64,000 bases of DNA from an uncultured Acidobacteriota bacterium. GTDB taxonomy: Bacteria; Acidobacteriota; Vicinamibacteria; Vicinamibacterales; 2-12-FULL-66-21. Positions 51,034 through 59,958 of the stretch are shown here, piece after piece (within the stretch, counting starts at the first letter, position 1; every line of letters starts with the position of its first letter). Location: NCBI GenBank assembly GCA_963844245.1, contig CAWJNJ010000005.1, forward strand, positions 882,388 to 946,387. The letters are read 5' to 3'. The notes below the pieces were generated by a model. It did not search any database, was not told the DNA's origin, and saw only the letters and a program-made list of their open reading frames with translations. Position numbers and translations under genes: made by a program.

Positions 51034-52762
51034 ATGATGAAAAGACTTTTCGTGACAGTTGCGTTCTGCGTAGCGGCCGCCGCCTGCGGCAATTCTGAGG
51101 AGGCGGCCCCTTCCTCACAACCGGCCACTCCGGCAGCCACCAAGCCGATCGCGGCGCCCACCCCGCCAACCATCGATGCGAACGCCATTCTCGAGCGCAT
51201 CAAGGTCCTCGCTTCGGATGAGTACCGAAGGACGCGCACCGGGGACCAAGGGCGAAGATCTCACGGTGAAGTACCTGGTCGACGAGTCGAAGAAACTTGG
51301 ACTCCAGCCGGGCAATCCTGACGGCACCTACGTGCAGAAGGTTCCGCTCGTCGGTATCACCGGCGCGGAAGGCGCAGCCGCTCACGATTACGAAGGGCGC
51401 GCAGAAGAAGACCTACAAGTGGTCGGACGAGGTCGTCGCCTGGACGCGGCGGGTGGCCGACACGGCCGCCATCGCGAACTCCGACATCATCTTTGCCGGA
51501 TACGGCGTCGAGGCGCCCGAATACAACTGGAACGACTTCAAGGGTGTTGACGTCCGCGGCAAGACCATCGTCGTTCTCGTCAACGATCCGCAAGTGCCCG
51601 ACGCCGCCAATCCGAAGGAGCTCGACGCCAAGATGTTCAACGGCAAGGCGATGACCTACTACGGCCGCTGGACATACAAGTATGAGAAGGCCGCGGAGCT
51701 GGGCGCCGCCGGCGTCTTCATCGTGCACGAGACTGGACCGGCAGGCTATCCGTTCCCAGTCGTCCAGGGTTTCCTCGGCGAGCGCTTCGGACTGGTCGCG
51801 AAGGACAAGAACATGAGCAAGTCCAGCATCGAGGGCTGGCTCTCACTCGACGCCGCCAAGGCGTTGTTCGCCATGGGCGGGCAGGACTTCGATGCGCTCA
51901 AGAAGCAGGCGTTGAGCCGCGACTTCAAACCGGTGCCGCTCGGGCTCAAAGCGTCAATGGGTCTTCGCAACACCATGCGCACCATCGATTCGCAGAACGT
52001 CATCGCGAAGGTGGAGGGCAGCGATGCCCGTATGAAGGACGAGTATGTCGTTTACTCGTCGCACTGGGACCACCTCGGCGTCGGGACGGCCGTCGATGGC
52101 GACAAGATCTACAACGGCGCGCTCGACAACGCCTCCGGCGTGTCGGCCCTCCTCGAAATGGCCCGGGCGTTCACCCAGGCGCAGCCGAAGCCGAAGCGGT
52201 CGATCCTGTTCCTCTTCGTCACCGCCGAAGAACAGGGGTTGCTCGGGTCCGAGTTCTACGCGACCAATCCGCTCTATCCGCTCGAGAAGACGGTCGCCAA
52301 CATCAACCTCGATGGCGTCAATCAGTGGGGACGCACCAAGGACATCACCGTCGTCGGCATGGGCGCTTCAGATCTGGACGACGTGCTGCGCGCCGCCGCG
52401 CAGGCGCAGGGGCGCACGCTCAATCCGGATCCCGAGTCGGAGAAGGGCTTCTACTACCGGTCCGACCACTTCAACTTCGCGAAGGTCGGCGTGCCGGCGC
52501 TCTACACCGACACCGGCGTGAGCTTCATCGGGAAGGATGAGGCATTCAGCAAGTCGAAGCGCGACGAGTACACGTCGACCGACTACCACAAGCCGTCCGA
52601 CGAGATTAAGCCTGACTGGGATCTGAGCGGCGCCATCGAAGACGCGCAGCTCATGTTCATGGTGGGCTACAACGTCGCGAACACCGACAAGTTTCCAGAG
52701 TGGAAACCGGGGAATGAGTTCACGCGAAACGAGATGCCATGCTCGGCGCTTCGCGCCGATGA
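51034..52762 (+). CDS. M28 family aminopeptidase lipoprotein with PA domain; three frame breaks
   Basis: Lipoprotein signal [19 protein letters not shown]28 motifs [38 protein letters not shown]. Junctions near 51225, 51367 and 52722. The reconstructed end is ...[18 protein letters not shown] at 52762; the as-written ORF runs on to 52856. Confidence 0.8.
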
Positions 52763-52786
52763 CAGATCTCGTTTTCGAGTCGGTGA

Positions 52787-52904
52787 CATGGAAGAGCGAA
52801 AAAGGAAGATGGAAAAGTGTTCCGCTTCAGCGACGTCGCGGCAACTTCAGCCCTGATGCCGCAAGCGGCTGCACTTTACCATTTCCCTTTTCCCTTTTCC
52901 ATCG
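52787..52904. repeat. ATGG/GGAA heptad hairpin between convergent M28 peptidase and speA
   Basis: Left arm catggaagagcgaaaaaggaagatggaaaagtg, right arm cactttaccatttcccttttcccttttccatcg. The loop holds two CTTCAGC copies and a ccgctt/aagcgg inner stem. Confidence 0.8.
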
Positions 52905-52933
52905 ACACTGAGGCTTGAAGAGCCGCGATCGCG

Positions 52934-54883
52934 TTAGCGATCTCGCGGTTCTTCGAGGTAGGTATACCCGTTCAAGCCTTCTTCGTAGAACTCCAGCAAA
53001 CGGCCTGATTCCTCGTAGGTGATGCGGCCTTCGCGGACCGCCAGCTCGACGTCGTGGCGCAGCTTGCGGACGAGGACTTCGGAGTCGAACTCGACGTAGT
53101 CGAGTACCTCCTTCACCGTGTCGCCCTTGATGACATGGTCGAGCACGACGTTGCCGCGCTCGTCGAGGCTCACGTGGACGGCGTGAGTGTCGCCGAACAG
53201 GTTGTGCAGGTCGCCGAGGATCTCCTGGTATGCGCCGACGAGGAACACCCCGAGGTAATAAGGATCCCCATCGACCGTGTGCAGCGGCAGCGTGCGCTTC
53301 ACGTCGCGACGATCGATGAACTGGTCGATCTTGCCGTCCGAGTCACAGGTGATGTCACCGAGCACGGCGTGATGTGTTGGCGGCGTGTTGAGGCGATGGA
53401 TCGGCATCACCGGGAACAACTGCTTGATCGCCCAGCTGTCGGGACATGACTGGAAGAGCGAGAAGTTGCAGAAGTAGGTATCGGCCATCGCATCGTCCAG
53501 ACCCTGCAGGTCTTCCGGGACGTCGTCCATCGCGGCGGCGATCTTCTTCAACTTCACGAGGATCGCCCAGTACAGATTCTCGGCCTGGCAGCGCTGCTCG
53601 AGCGGCAGATAGCCGCCGCTGAACAGGTTGAGTGCCATGTCGAGCGCCTGCTGGGCGTCGTGGTAGCTCTCGAGCGCGTTGCGCGGGCTCAGATTCTGGA
53701 ACGTCTCGAGCAGGTCGATGATCGGCTGCTCGGCCTCCTCCGGCTTGATGACTTCCGGAATCTTCTCCTCGCCGAAGGCCGACACACCCAGCACATTGAA
53801 GATCAGCACGCTGTGGTAGGCGACAATCGCGCGCCCGCTCTCCGAGACGATGGTCGGATGCTTCACCCCTTCGTCGTTGCACACCGTCTGGATGTGATAA
53901 ACGACGTCGTTGGCGTATTCCTGGAGCGTGTAGTTGACGCTGGACTCGAAGTTCGTCTGCGAACCGTCGTAATCGACGCCGAGGCCACCGCCGACATCGA
54001 GGTACTCGAGACCGGCGCCGGACTTCACGAGCTCGGTATAGACGCGGGCGGCTTCGTTCAGTGCGCCCTTGACGATGCGAATGTTGGGGATCTGGCTGCC
54101 GAGGTGGAAATGCAGCAGTTTGAAGCAGTCTGCCATGCCGCGGGCCTTCAACTCCTCCAACCCGCGGAGGACTTCAGCGACCGTCAGACCGAACTTCGAG
54201 CGATAGCCGCCTGAGCCCTGCCAGCGTCCGCCGCCACGGGCGGCGAGCTTGACGCGCATCCCGATCTGGGGACGAACGCCGACGCGCTCGGCGTATTTCA
54301 GGATCAAGCCGAGCTCGGTGTATTTCTCGACGACCGGGATGACCGTCCGCCCGATCTTCTGGGCGAGCATCGCCATCTCGATGAACTCGGCGTCCTTGAA
54401 ACCGTTACAGATGATCGGCGTGTCGTTGTAGGCCTGCGCCGCCACCGCCAGGAGTTCGGGCTTGGAGCCGGCCTCGAGCCCGAATCCGTATTCACGTCCG
54501 AAATCGAGCACCTCTTCGACAACCTGGCGCTGCTGGTTGACCTTGATCGGGTAGACGCAGATGTATTTCCCTTCATATCCGTGCTGGCTGATCGCGGATT
54601 TGAAGGCGTTGTGAATATCTCCGACACGGTGACGAAGGATGTCTTTGAACCGGATCAGCACCGGCAAGCCGATCCCCCGCAACTGCAGGTGGTCGGTCAA
54701 CTGCTTGAGGTCGATGGACTTGTCGGTGTCCTTCGTCGGATGCACCAGGACGTGTCCCGCGGGGGAAATCGAGAAGTAGCCCTTCCCCCACCGTTCGATT
54801 TCGTACAGTTCGCTGGCGTCGGTGACGGTAAACACCTCTCCTGTCTGCCAGTTGCGGTGCGTCTTGGTTGTCGGAGTGCTCAC
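52934..54883 (-). CDS. speA: biosynthetic arginine decarboxylase
   Basis: 649 aa from the in-frame GTG at 54883 (STPTTKTHRNW...YEIERWGKGYFSI...). PLP-dependent Orn/DAP/Arg decarboxylase fold along the full length. The ORF track extends to 55099. Confidence 0.9.
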   Translation of the reverse strand: MSTPTTKTHRNWQTGEVFTVTDASELYEIERWGKGYFSISPAGHVLVHPTKDTDKSIDLKQLTDHLQLRGIGLPVLIRFKDILRHRVGDIHNAFKSAISQHGYEGKYICVYPIKVNQQRQVVEEVLDFGREYGFGLEAGSKPELLAVAAQAYNDTPIICNGFKDAEFIEMAMLAQKIGRTVIPVVEKYTELGLILKYAERVGVRPQIGMRVKLAARGGGRWQGSGGYRSKFGLTVAEVLRGLEELKARGMADCFKLLHFHLGSQIPNIRIVKGALNEAARVYTELVKSGAGLEYLDVGGGLGVDYDGSQTNFESSVNYTLQEYANDVVYHIQTVCNDEGVKHPTIVSESGRAIVAYHSVLIFNVLGVSAFGEEKIPEVIKPEEAEQPIIDLLETFQNLSPRNALESYHDAQQALDMALNLFSGGYLPLEQRCQAENLYWAILVKLKKIAAAMDDVPEDLQGLDDAMADTYFCNFSLFQSCPDSWAIKQLFPVMPIHRLNTPPTHHAVLGDITCDSDGKIDQFIDRRDVKRTLPLHTVDGDPYYLGVFLVGAYQEILGDLHNLFGDTHAVHVSLDERGNVVLDHVIKGDTVKEVLDYVEFDSEVLVRKLRHDVELAVREGRITYEESGRLLEFYEEGLNGYTYLEEPRDR

Positions 54884-55217
54884 GAAATAAATGATACACG
54901 CCAACTCTTGCGGTGACGCCGCAAATAGAGGGCACTTGCCGCGCGCGACCACCGAGCGGCGCGAATCACCGCAGCATCGACCCGTTGTCCGGATCTGGAA
55001 TCCAGCTGGCCGGATCCGGCACACCGTCGCCGCTGGCCACCGCGATCCCGGGATGGGACGAGCGGCGCTCGTCCCGTGACCAGCGCCATCATTCTGCATG
55101 TGAAGTGAGGAAACGACTCGCCCGAGGGGCGAGCGTCAGGTTGGCGGGCCGAATGCACTCGTGTGTTTGCGCGATGCCCACACGACGAAAAGCTGTTTTG
55201 TTACGTCTAACCGTTGC

Positions 55218-56444
55218 ATGAAGCCGCCGGCCAGCCAGCAGCTTGATTTGAGCGGAGCCAGCCGCGACCTCCCCGCGCCGGTGCGGCCACGGTACGGCGT
55301 GCCCTGGTCCCTCGTCTTCTTCGTCGCCACGCTGCTTGGATTCGTGTCGTCGATGCTGGCCTGGCAGCTGACGGTCACGCTCGAGCGCACCGGCACCTAC
55401 TTCCGATGGCTGGTCGTGCTCAACTGCGCCTACTGGTACTCCTGGGCGCTCTTCACGCCTCCGATCGTCTGGCTGTCACAGCGATTCCGGTTTGAACGCC
55501 AGGGCCTTCACCGGGCCGTCGCGGTCCATCTTCCGGCCGTCGTCTTCTTCTCGCTCGCGCACATCGCGGCGATGCAGGCGGCACAGTGGTGGCTGGTGAC
55601 GTCGAGCGGGGGCGAGTTCCGCTGGTGGTCGGCGGCCCAGCGCGCCGCGCTCATGAACTTCGACTGGGAGATGATGACCTACTGGGCCATCGTGGGGCTC
55701 AGTCATGCGCTGCTCTATTATCGTGAGTCCCGCGATCGGGCCCTACGGTCGGCGCAGCTCGAGACGCGTCTCGTCGAGGCGCAGCTCAAGACCCTGCAGC
55801 AGCAGCTCCATCCCCACTTCCTCTTCAACACCCTGCACGCCGTCTCCACCCTGATGCACCGCGACGTCGTGGCGGCCGACAGGACGCTGATGCGGCTCAG
55901 CGACCTGCTCCGCCTGACGCTGGAGCGTCTCGGGGAACAGGAAGTGACGCTGGCGTCGGAACTCGACTTCCTGCGCAAGTACCTGGACATCGAGCGCATG
56001 CGTTTCGCCGACCGCCTGGTCGTTCGCTTCGACGTCAGCCCCGAGGCGGAGGCGGCCTTTGTCCCGACTCTGCTCCTGCAGCCGCTCGTCGAGAACGCGA
56101 TCAAGCACGGCGTCGCGCGGAAGTCCGGCGCGGGCCATATCGAGATCGCCGCCCACCGCGAACAGGACAAACTCCACATCGAGATCCGCGATGACGGTGT
56201 GGGCCTGTCGGAAGACGCGTTGACCGCCCTGCACAAGGGCATCGGCGTCTCGACGACACGGGCGCGACTACAGCACCAGTTCGGCGCCGATTTCCGCTTC
56301 GAGTTCCACCGGTTGTCGCAGGGGGTGGCGGTCATCGTGGTAGTGCCGTGGCGGGTGACGCGGCCGGAGCAACCAACGGAAGCCGACGAGGCTTCCAGGA
56401 TTTCGGGTACCCGGGGGATCCGGGCAATCCGCGCCGCGAGTTAG
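55218..56444 (+). CDS. LytS/YehU-type sensor histidine kinase
   Basis: N-terminal TM region followed by the His_kinase box QLHPHFLFNTLHAVSTL and an HATPase_c domain (NAIKHG...DDGVG). Confidence 0.85.
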   Translation: MKPPASQQLDLSGASRDLPAPVRPRYGVPWSLVFFVATLLGFVSSMLAWQLTVTLERTGTYFRWLVVLNCAYWYSWALFTPPIVWLSQRFRFERQGLHRAVAVHLPAVVFFSLAHIAAMQAAQWWLVTSSGGEFRWWSAAQRAALMNFDWEMMTYWAIVGLSHALLYYRESRDRALRSAQLETRLVEAQLKTLQQQLHPHFLFNTLHAVSTLMHRDVVAADRTLMRLSDLLRLTLERLGEQEVTLASELDFLRKYLDIERMRFADRLVVRFDVSPEAEAAFVPTLLLQPLVENAIKHGVARKSGAGHIEIAAHREQDKLHIEIRDDGVGLSEDALTALHKGIGVSTTRARLQHQFGADFRFEFHRLSQGVAVIVVVPWRVTRPEQPTEADEASRISGTRGIRAIRAAS

Positions 56445-56465
56445 CGGCGAAGCGGGGAGTGTGAG

Positions 56466-57236
56466 ATGAAAAAGATTCGAACCCTGGTTGTCGATGACGA
56501 ACCCCTCGCGCGCGAGCGCTTGACGAACCTGCTTTCCGCGGAACCGGACATCGAAGTCGTCGGACAGTGCCGGGACGGCGAAGAGGCTGCCACCGCGATC
56601 GTGGATCACACGCCGGACCTGGTCTTCCTCGACGTCCAGATGCCCTCGATGAACGGGTTCGAGGTCATCGACGCGGTCGGCTCCGAGCGGATGCCGCTGG
56701 TGATCTTCGTCACGGCCTACGACCAGCACGCCCTGAAGGCGTTCCAGGTTCGGGCGCTCGATTACCTGCTCAAACCGTTTGATCGTGACCGCTTCCAGGA
56801 GGCGCTGCAGCGGGCCCGGGCCCATATCCAGCGCGACGAGACCGGCGACATCGGTCGGCGCCTCCTCGCCCTGGTCAAGGACCTGCGCCGGGACCAGCCC
56901 AAGACCGACCGGCTCGTCGTCAAGTCGGGGGGCCGGCTGTTCTTCCTCCGCACCGACGAGATCGACTGGATCGAGGCCGCGGGGAACTACGTCCGCCTGC
57001 ACGTCGGCCCCACGTCCCACCTGCTGCGCGAGACCATGAATGCGATCGAAGGGCGCCTGGATCCCGAAAAGTTCTTCCGCATCCACCGTTCACGGATCGT
57101 GAACATGGAACGGATCCAGGAAATGCAGCCGTGGCTCAATGGCGAGTACGCCGTCCTGCTTCGAACCGGCACGAGACTTACCCTGAGCCGTGGATATCGG
57201 GAGAAACTCCAGGATCGCCTCGCCAGACCGGTCTAG
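56466..57236 (+). CDS. LytR/AlgR (LytTR) family response regulator
   Basis: Receiver domain (VVDDEPLARE...DLVFLDVQMP) plus a LytTR DNA-binding domain (DWIEAAGNYVRLH...FFRIHRSRIVN). Confidence 0.9.
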   Translation: MKKIRTLVVDDEPLARERLTNLLSAEPDIEVVGQCRDGEEAATAIVDHTPDLVFLDVQMPSMNGFEVIDAVGSERMPLVIFVTAYDQHALKAFQVRALDYLLKPFDRDRFQEALQRARAHIQRDETGDIGRRLLALVKDLRRDQPKTDRLVVKSGGRLFFLRTDEIDWIEAAGNYVRLHVGPTSHLLRETMNAIEGRLDPEKFFRIHRSRIVNMERIQEMQPWLNGEYAVLLRTGTRLTLSRGYREKLQDRLARPV

Positions 57237-57264
57237 ATACTGTCGAGCTGGATCTACCAAAATT

Positions 57265-57298
57265 GTGACCGGCGGACGTAAATCGTTACGCCGGTCAC
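57265..57298 (+). terminator. hairpin downstream of the LytTR regulator
   Basis: gtgaccggcg-(14 nt)-cgccggtcac, a 10-bp stem with no U-tract. Confidence 0.35.
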
Positions 57299-57404
57299 AG
57301 CCTTCCTCTCAAAATCACCAATAAAGTCGAGCTCTCTCGTCAGGCCAACCGCTTGCGGTAGCGGCGCCGTCATCCCGACACACCTCAGAAGAGAGACGCG
57401 AAGC

Positions 57405-57827
57405 ATGCTGCCGCAGACAGTACGGCGGGTTTCAATACCCATCGCCAATTCGCCGGTGCCCCGGCCAGCCGGTGCGCCCGTGATCCTCGTCGTTACTCCT
57501 GACACCAATCTGCGGGAAGTGTCGGCTCGGGTACTGACGCGCGAGGGCTACCGGGTGCTGAGCGCAGCACATGCGGGTCATGCGGTGCTGGAGTGCTTGA
57601 AGGCAGGCCGCGTGGACGTGCTCGCAGTCGAGCTGTCAATGGACGATATGTCCGGGCCGGCACTCGCGGAGCGGCTTCGACGTCAGTGCCCGGACCTGGT
57701 GGCCATGTATTTCGGCAAGAGCGGCACGCCCGAATGCGAAGGGGTGATCGTCAGGCCGTTCACACGCGATGACCTGCTCGCAGCCTTGCCGGCGCTGAGG
57801 GTCTCGGTCAGCGCCACCGCTCGCTGA
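57405..57827 (+). CDS. stand-alone receiver-like (pseudo-receiver) domain protein
   Basis: CheY-like fold, but with VVTPD in place of the DD pair, LAVELSMDDMSG (Glu where the phospho-Asp should be) and VRPF in place of KPF. Confidence 0.6.
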   Translation: MLPQTVRRVSIPIANSPVPRPAGAPVILVVTPDTNLREVSARVLTREGYRVLSAAHAGHAVLECLKAGRVDVLAVELSMDDMSGPALAERLRRQCPDLVAMYFGKSGTPECEGVIVRPFTRDDLLAALPALRVSVSATAR

Positions 57828-57840
57828 TCCTGCTGCCGGC

Positions 57841-58569
57841 CTACTTCACCGGCATGCGGAAGATGGCGTCGTCCACCGGGACGTTGAACTCGATCTTCTG
57901 AAACGTCATTTCAGCGACCTGGTTGCCGTTGACGAACTGGGTCACGGTGAAGGGCACGGTCCGCCCTTCGACCGGCTTGAAATCCGAGAAGCGCAGTTCC
58001 ATCCTGATCTTTTGGCCGTTGTCTTCGGTGTCGATCACCATCTTCGCTTCGAGCCCGGTCGTCGCGTCCAGGTAGTAGTGCATCACAGGACTTTCCTTCG
58101 GGGTCACGATCAGGTGGTGCAGGGTGCGTCCCGCTTCCTTTAGTGGTTCGGCGAGTTCGATCTTCGTTCCCTTCGCCTTGAAGTCGAACAGCGGCGAATC
58201 GATCTGCGAATTCTGCTTCATCGACTCAGTCTGAGGTCCTGGCTGCAGCCGCTGCGGTGGCAGGTCGCCGGCCGCCATCCAGGCGGACTCGCCGTCGAAA
58301 CCCATGATCATCTTCTGACCCGCAAGGCTCATTTCGTTGCGCACGAAGAACGGTCGCTTCGTGACGGTCACGATCGTGAGCTTGGCGCCCTGCATCATGC
58401 CCGATCCCGTAGTCCGGACCGAGGTGGTGCTCTTCAGCAGTTCGTAGCCGCCTTTGGCCTGGATATTTTTGGCCACGATCTGGTCCACGGTCTGGGCGTG
58501 CGCTGCAGGGACGGCCACGAGAACCAGCGTCGAAAGCAACAGAGCGGGGCGCGCGAATACAGATGCCAT
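57841..58569 (-). CDS. LolA-fold outer-membrane lipoprotein-sorting-like exported protein
   Basis: Signal peptide ending AHAQ followed by TVDQIVAKNIQAKGGYELLKS..., typical of the outer membrane lipoprotein-sorting protein family. 242 aa. Confidence 0.55.
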   Translation of the reverse strand: MASVFARPALLLSTLVLVAVPAAHAQTVDQIVAKNIQAKGGYELLKSTTSVRTTGSGMMQGAKLTIVTVTKRPFFVRNEMSLAGQKMIMGFDGESAWMAAGDLPPQRLQPGPQTESMKQNSQIDSPLFDFKAKGTKIELAEPLKEAGRTLHHLIVTPKESPVMHYYLDATTGLEAKMVIDTEDNGQKIRMELRFSDFKPVEGRTVPFTVTQFVNGNQVAEMTFQKIEFNVPVDDAIFRMPVK

Positions 58570-58613
58570 CAGATCTCCAGGAGACAGTTTGAAAAGTCGG
58601 TTGTACGAGCGAA

Positions 58614-58643
58614 GCGCGGAGTGACGACCGGGTCACTCCGCGC
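58614..58643 (-). terminator. GC-rich hairpin after the GlsB/YeaQ/YmgE gene
   Basis: gcgcggagtgac-(6 nt)-gtcactccgcgc, a 12-bp stem about 17 nt past the stop. Confidence 0.45.
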
Positions 58644-58659
58644 TCCGGGTCTTCGACCG

Positions 58660-58911
58660 CTAGACGGTCTTGCGCACCATCATTCGGTAGATCGCCAACA
58701 GGACGATCGCACCGAGTATGGAAACGATCCAGCCTGCGGCGTCACCTTCGGCGTACCAGCCCATCGCCCTGCCGATAAAGCCCCCGAGCAAAGCACCCGC
58801 GATACCAAGCAGAATAGTGATGACGAACCCGCCCGGATCACGTCCGGGCATCAACAACTTGGCGATGATGCCGACGACCAGGCCGAACAGAATCCATGTG
58901 AGAATGCCCAT
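58660..58911 (-). CDS. GlsB/YeaQ/YmgE family stress-response membrane protein
   Basis: 83 aa: MGILTWILFGLVVGIIAKLLMPGRDPGGFVITILLGIAGALLGGFIG..., a family-typical sequence. Confidence 0.85.
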   Translation of the reverse strand: MGILTWILFGLVVGIIAKLLMPGRDPGGFVITILLGIAGALLGGFIGRAMGWYAEGDAAGWIVSILGAIVLLAIYRMMVRKTV

Positions 58912-59007
58912 CGTTAATCCTCCAATTTCCTTGCGCTGACGAAATGCAAGGAACCGACCATCCTCCAAGGATGAGTCGCAAAGCCCGGCCGCAGTATAGT
59001 TGCGACC

Positions 59008-59958
59008 GTGCACTTCCTGATCAGTCTCGCGCTTATCATCGCGCAACAATCCGCCGCCACTGGAAAGCCCCGTATGGATCTCGAGCCCTTGAACAATGCC
59101 ATCAAATCGTTCGATGGGTTTGCTGGATTGGCGGCGCGCAACCTGGTCACTGGCGAAGAGATCGTCATCAATGCGGATCAGCGCTTCCCCACCGCGAGCG
59201 TCATCAAGACGGCCGTGATGGTCGAGGCCTACCATCAGGCGGCGCGAGGAACGCTGTCGCTCGACACCACCATCACGCTGCGTGAAGAGAACAAGGTGGG
59301 GGGATCCGGAGTCCTCAATGGGTTCTCGGACGGTGTCGCGCTGACGGTCCGCGACCTGATTCACCTCATGATCGTAGTCAGTGACAACACCGCGACGAAC
59401 CTGCTCGTGAATCGGCTCGGTACCAAGAACGTCGATGAGCGCCTCGTCGCGCTCGGACTCGAGCACACGAAGCTGTTCCGGCCTACTTTCCGAGACGGCA
59501 AGGCCGACATCTTTCCCGAACTGGAGAAAGAGTTCGGACTCGGCATGTCGACACCAGGCGAAATGGCAAAGTTGATGGCGCTCATTGCTGAAGGTCGTGC
59601 CGTGAGCCCGGACGCTTCGACCGCGATGCTCGGGACTCTTCGCCACCAGCAGGATCGTGCCACCATCCCGCGACTCCTGCCCGGGAACCTGCAAATAGGC
59701 AACAAGACCGGGACCGACTCCGAAAAGATCCCGGACGATCGTGGCCGGCGCGGCGCGATCCGCGTCGACGCCGGAATCGTCACCGGAGAAGGCGTGCGTT
59801 ATGTGATTGCCGTATTCACCAGGCGCGGCGCCGACACACGCGGCGGAGTGGACAACGCCGGCATCGTCCTCGGGGCGCAGTTATCGCGGATGGTCTACGA
59901 GCAGTTCACGCAGAAAGTAGCCACCCCTCATGGCGCAGCAGCCACTCCTTGCGCTTGA
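59008..59958 (+). CDS. class A beta-lactamase-related serine hydrolase
   Basis: SxxK (SVIK), SDN and KTG motifs in the canonical order. The 3' end overlaps convergent ogt by ~50 nt. Confidence 0.8.
   Translation: MHFLISLALIIAQQSAATGKPRMDLEPLNNAIKSFDGFAGLAARNLVTGEEIVINADQRFPTASVIKTAVMVEAYHQAARGTLSLDTTITLREENKVGGSGVLNGFSDGVALTVRDLIHLMIVVSDNTATNLLVNRLGTKNVDERLVALGLEHTKLFRPTFRDGKADIFPELEKEFGLGMSTPGEMAKLMALIAEGRAVSPDASTAMLGTLRHQQDRATIPRLLPGNLQIGNKTGTDSEKIPDDRGRRGAIRVDAGIVTGEGVRYVIAVFTRRGADTRGGVDNAGIVLGAQLSRMVYEQFTQKVATPHGAAATPCA

Noticed and set aside
11795-52762. Programmed ribosomal frameshifting or systematic recoding as the explanation for the frame breaks
   Set aside because: The junctions share no slippery heptamer or downstream structure. 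They hit unrelated genes, including guaB. Several lie in short homopolymers. They are absent from both flanks of the window. Consensus indel error is the more economical explanation.
5778-52904. The hairpin repeats as CRISPR arrays
   Set aside because: Each locus is a single inverted pair with one loop, not a repeat-spacer series. The repeat units are 7-11 nt and degenerate. No cas genes are present.
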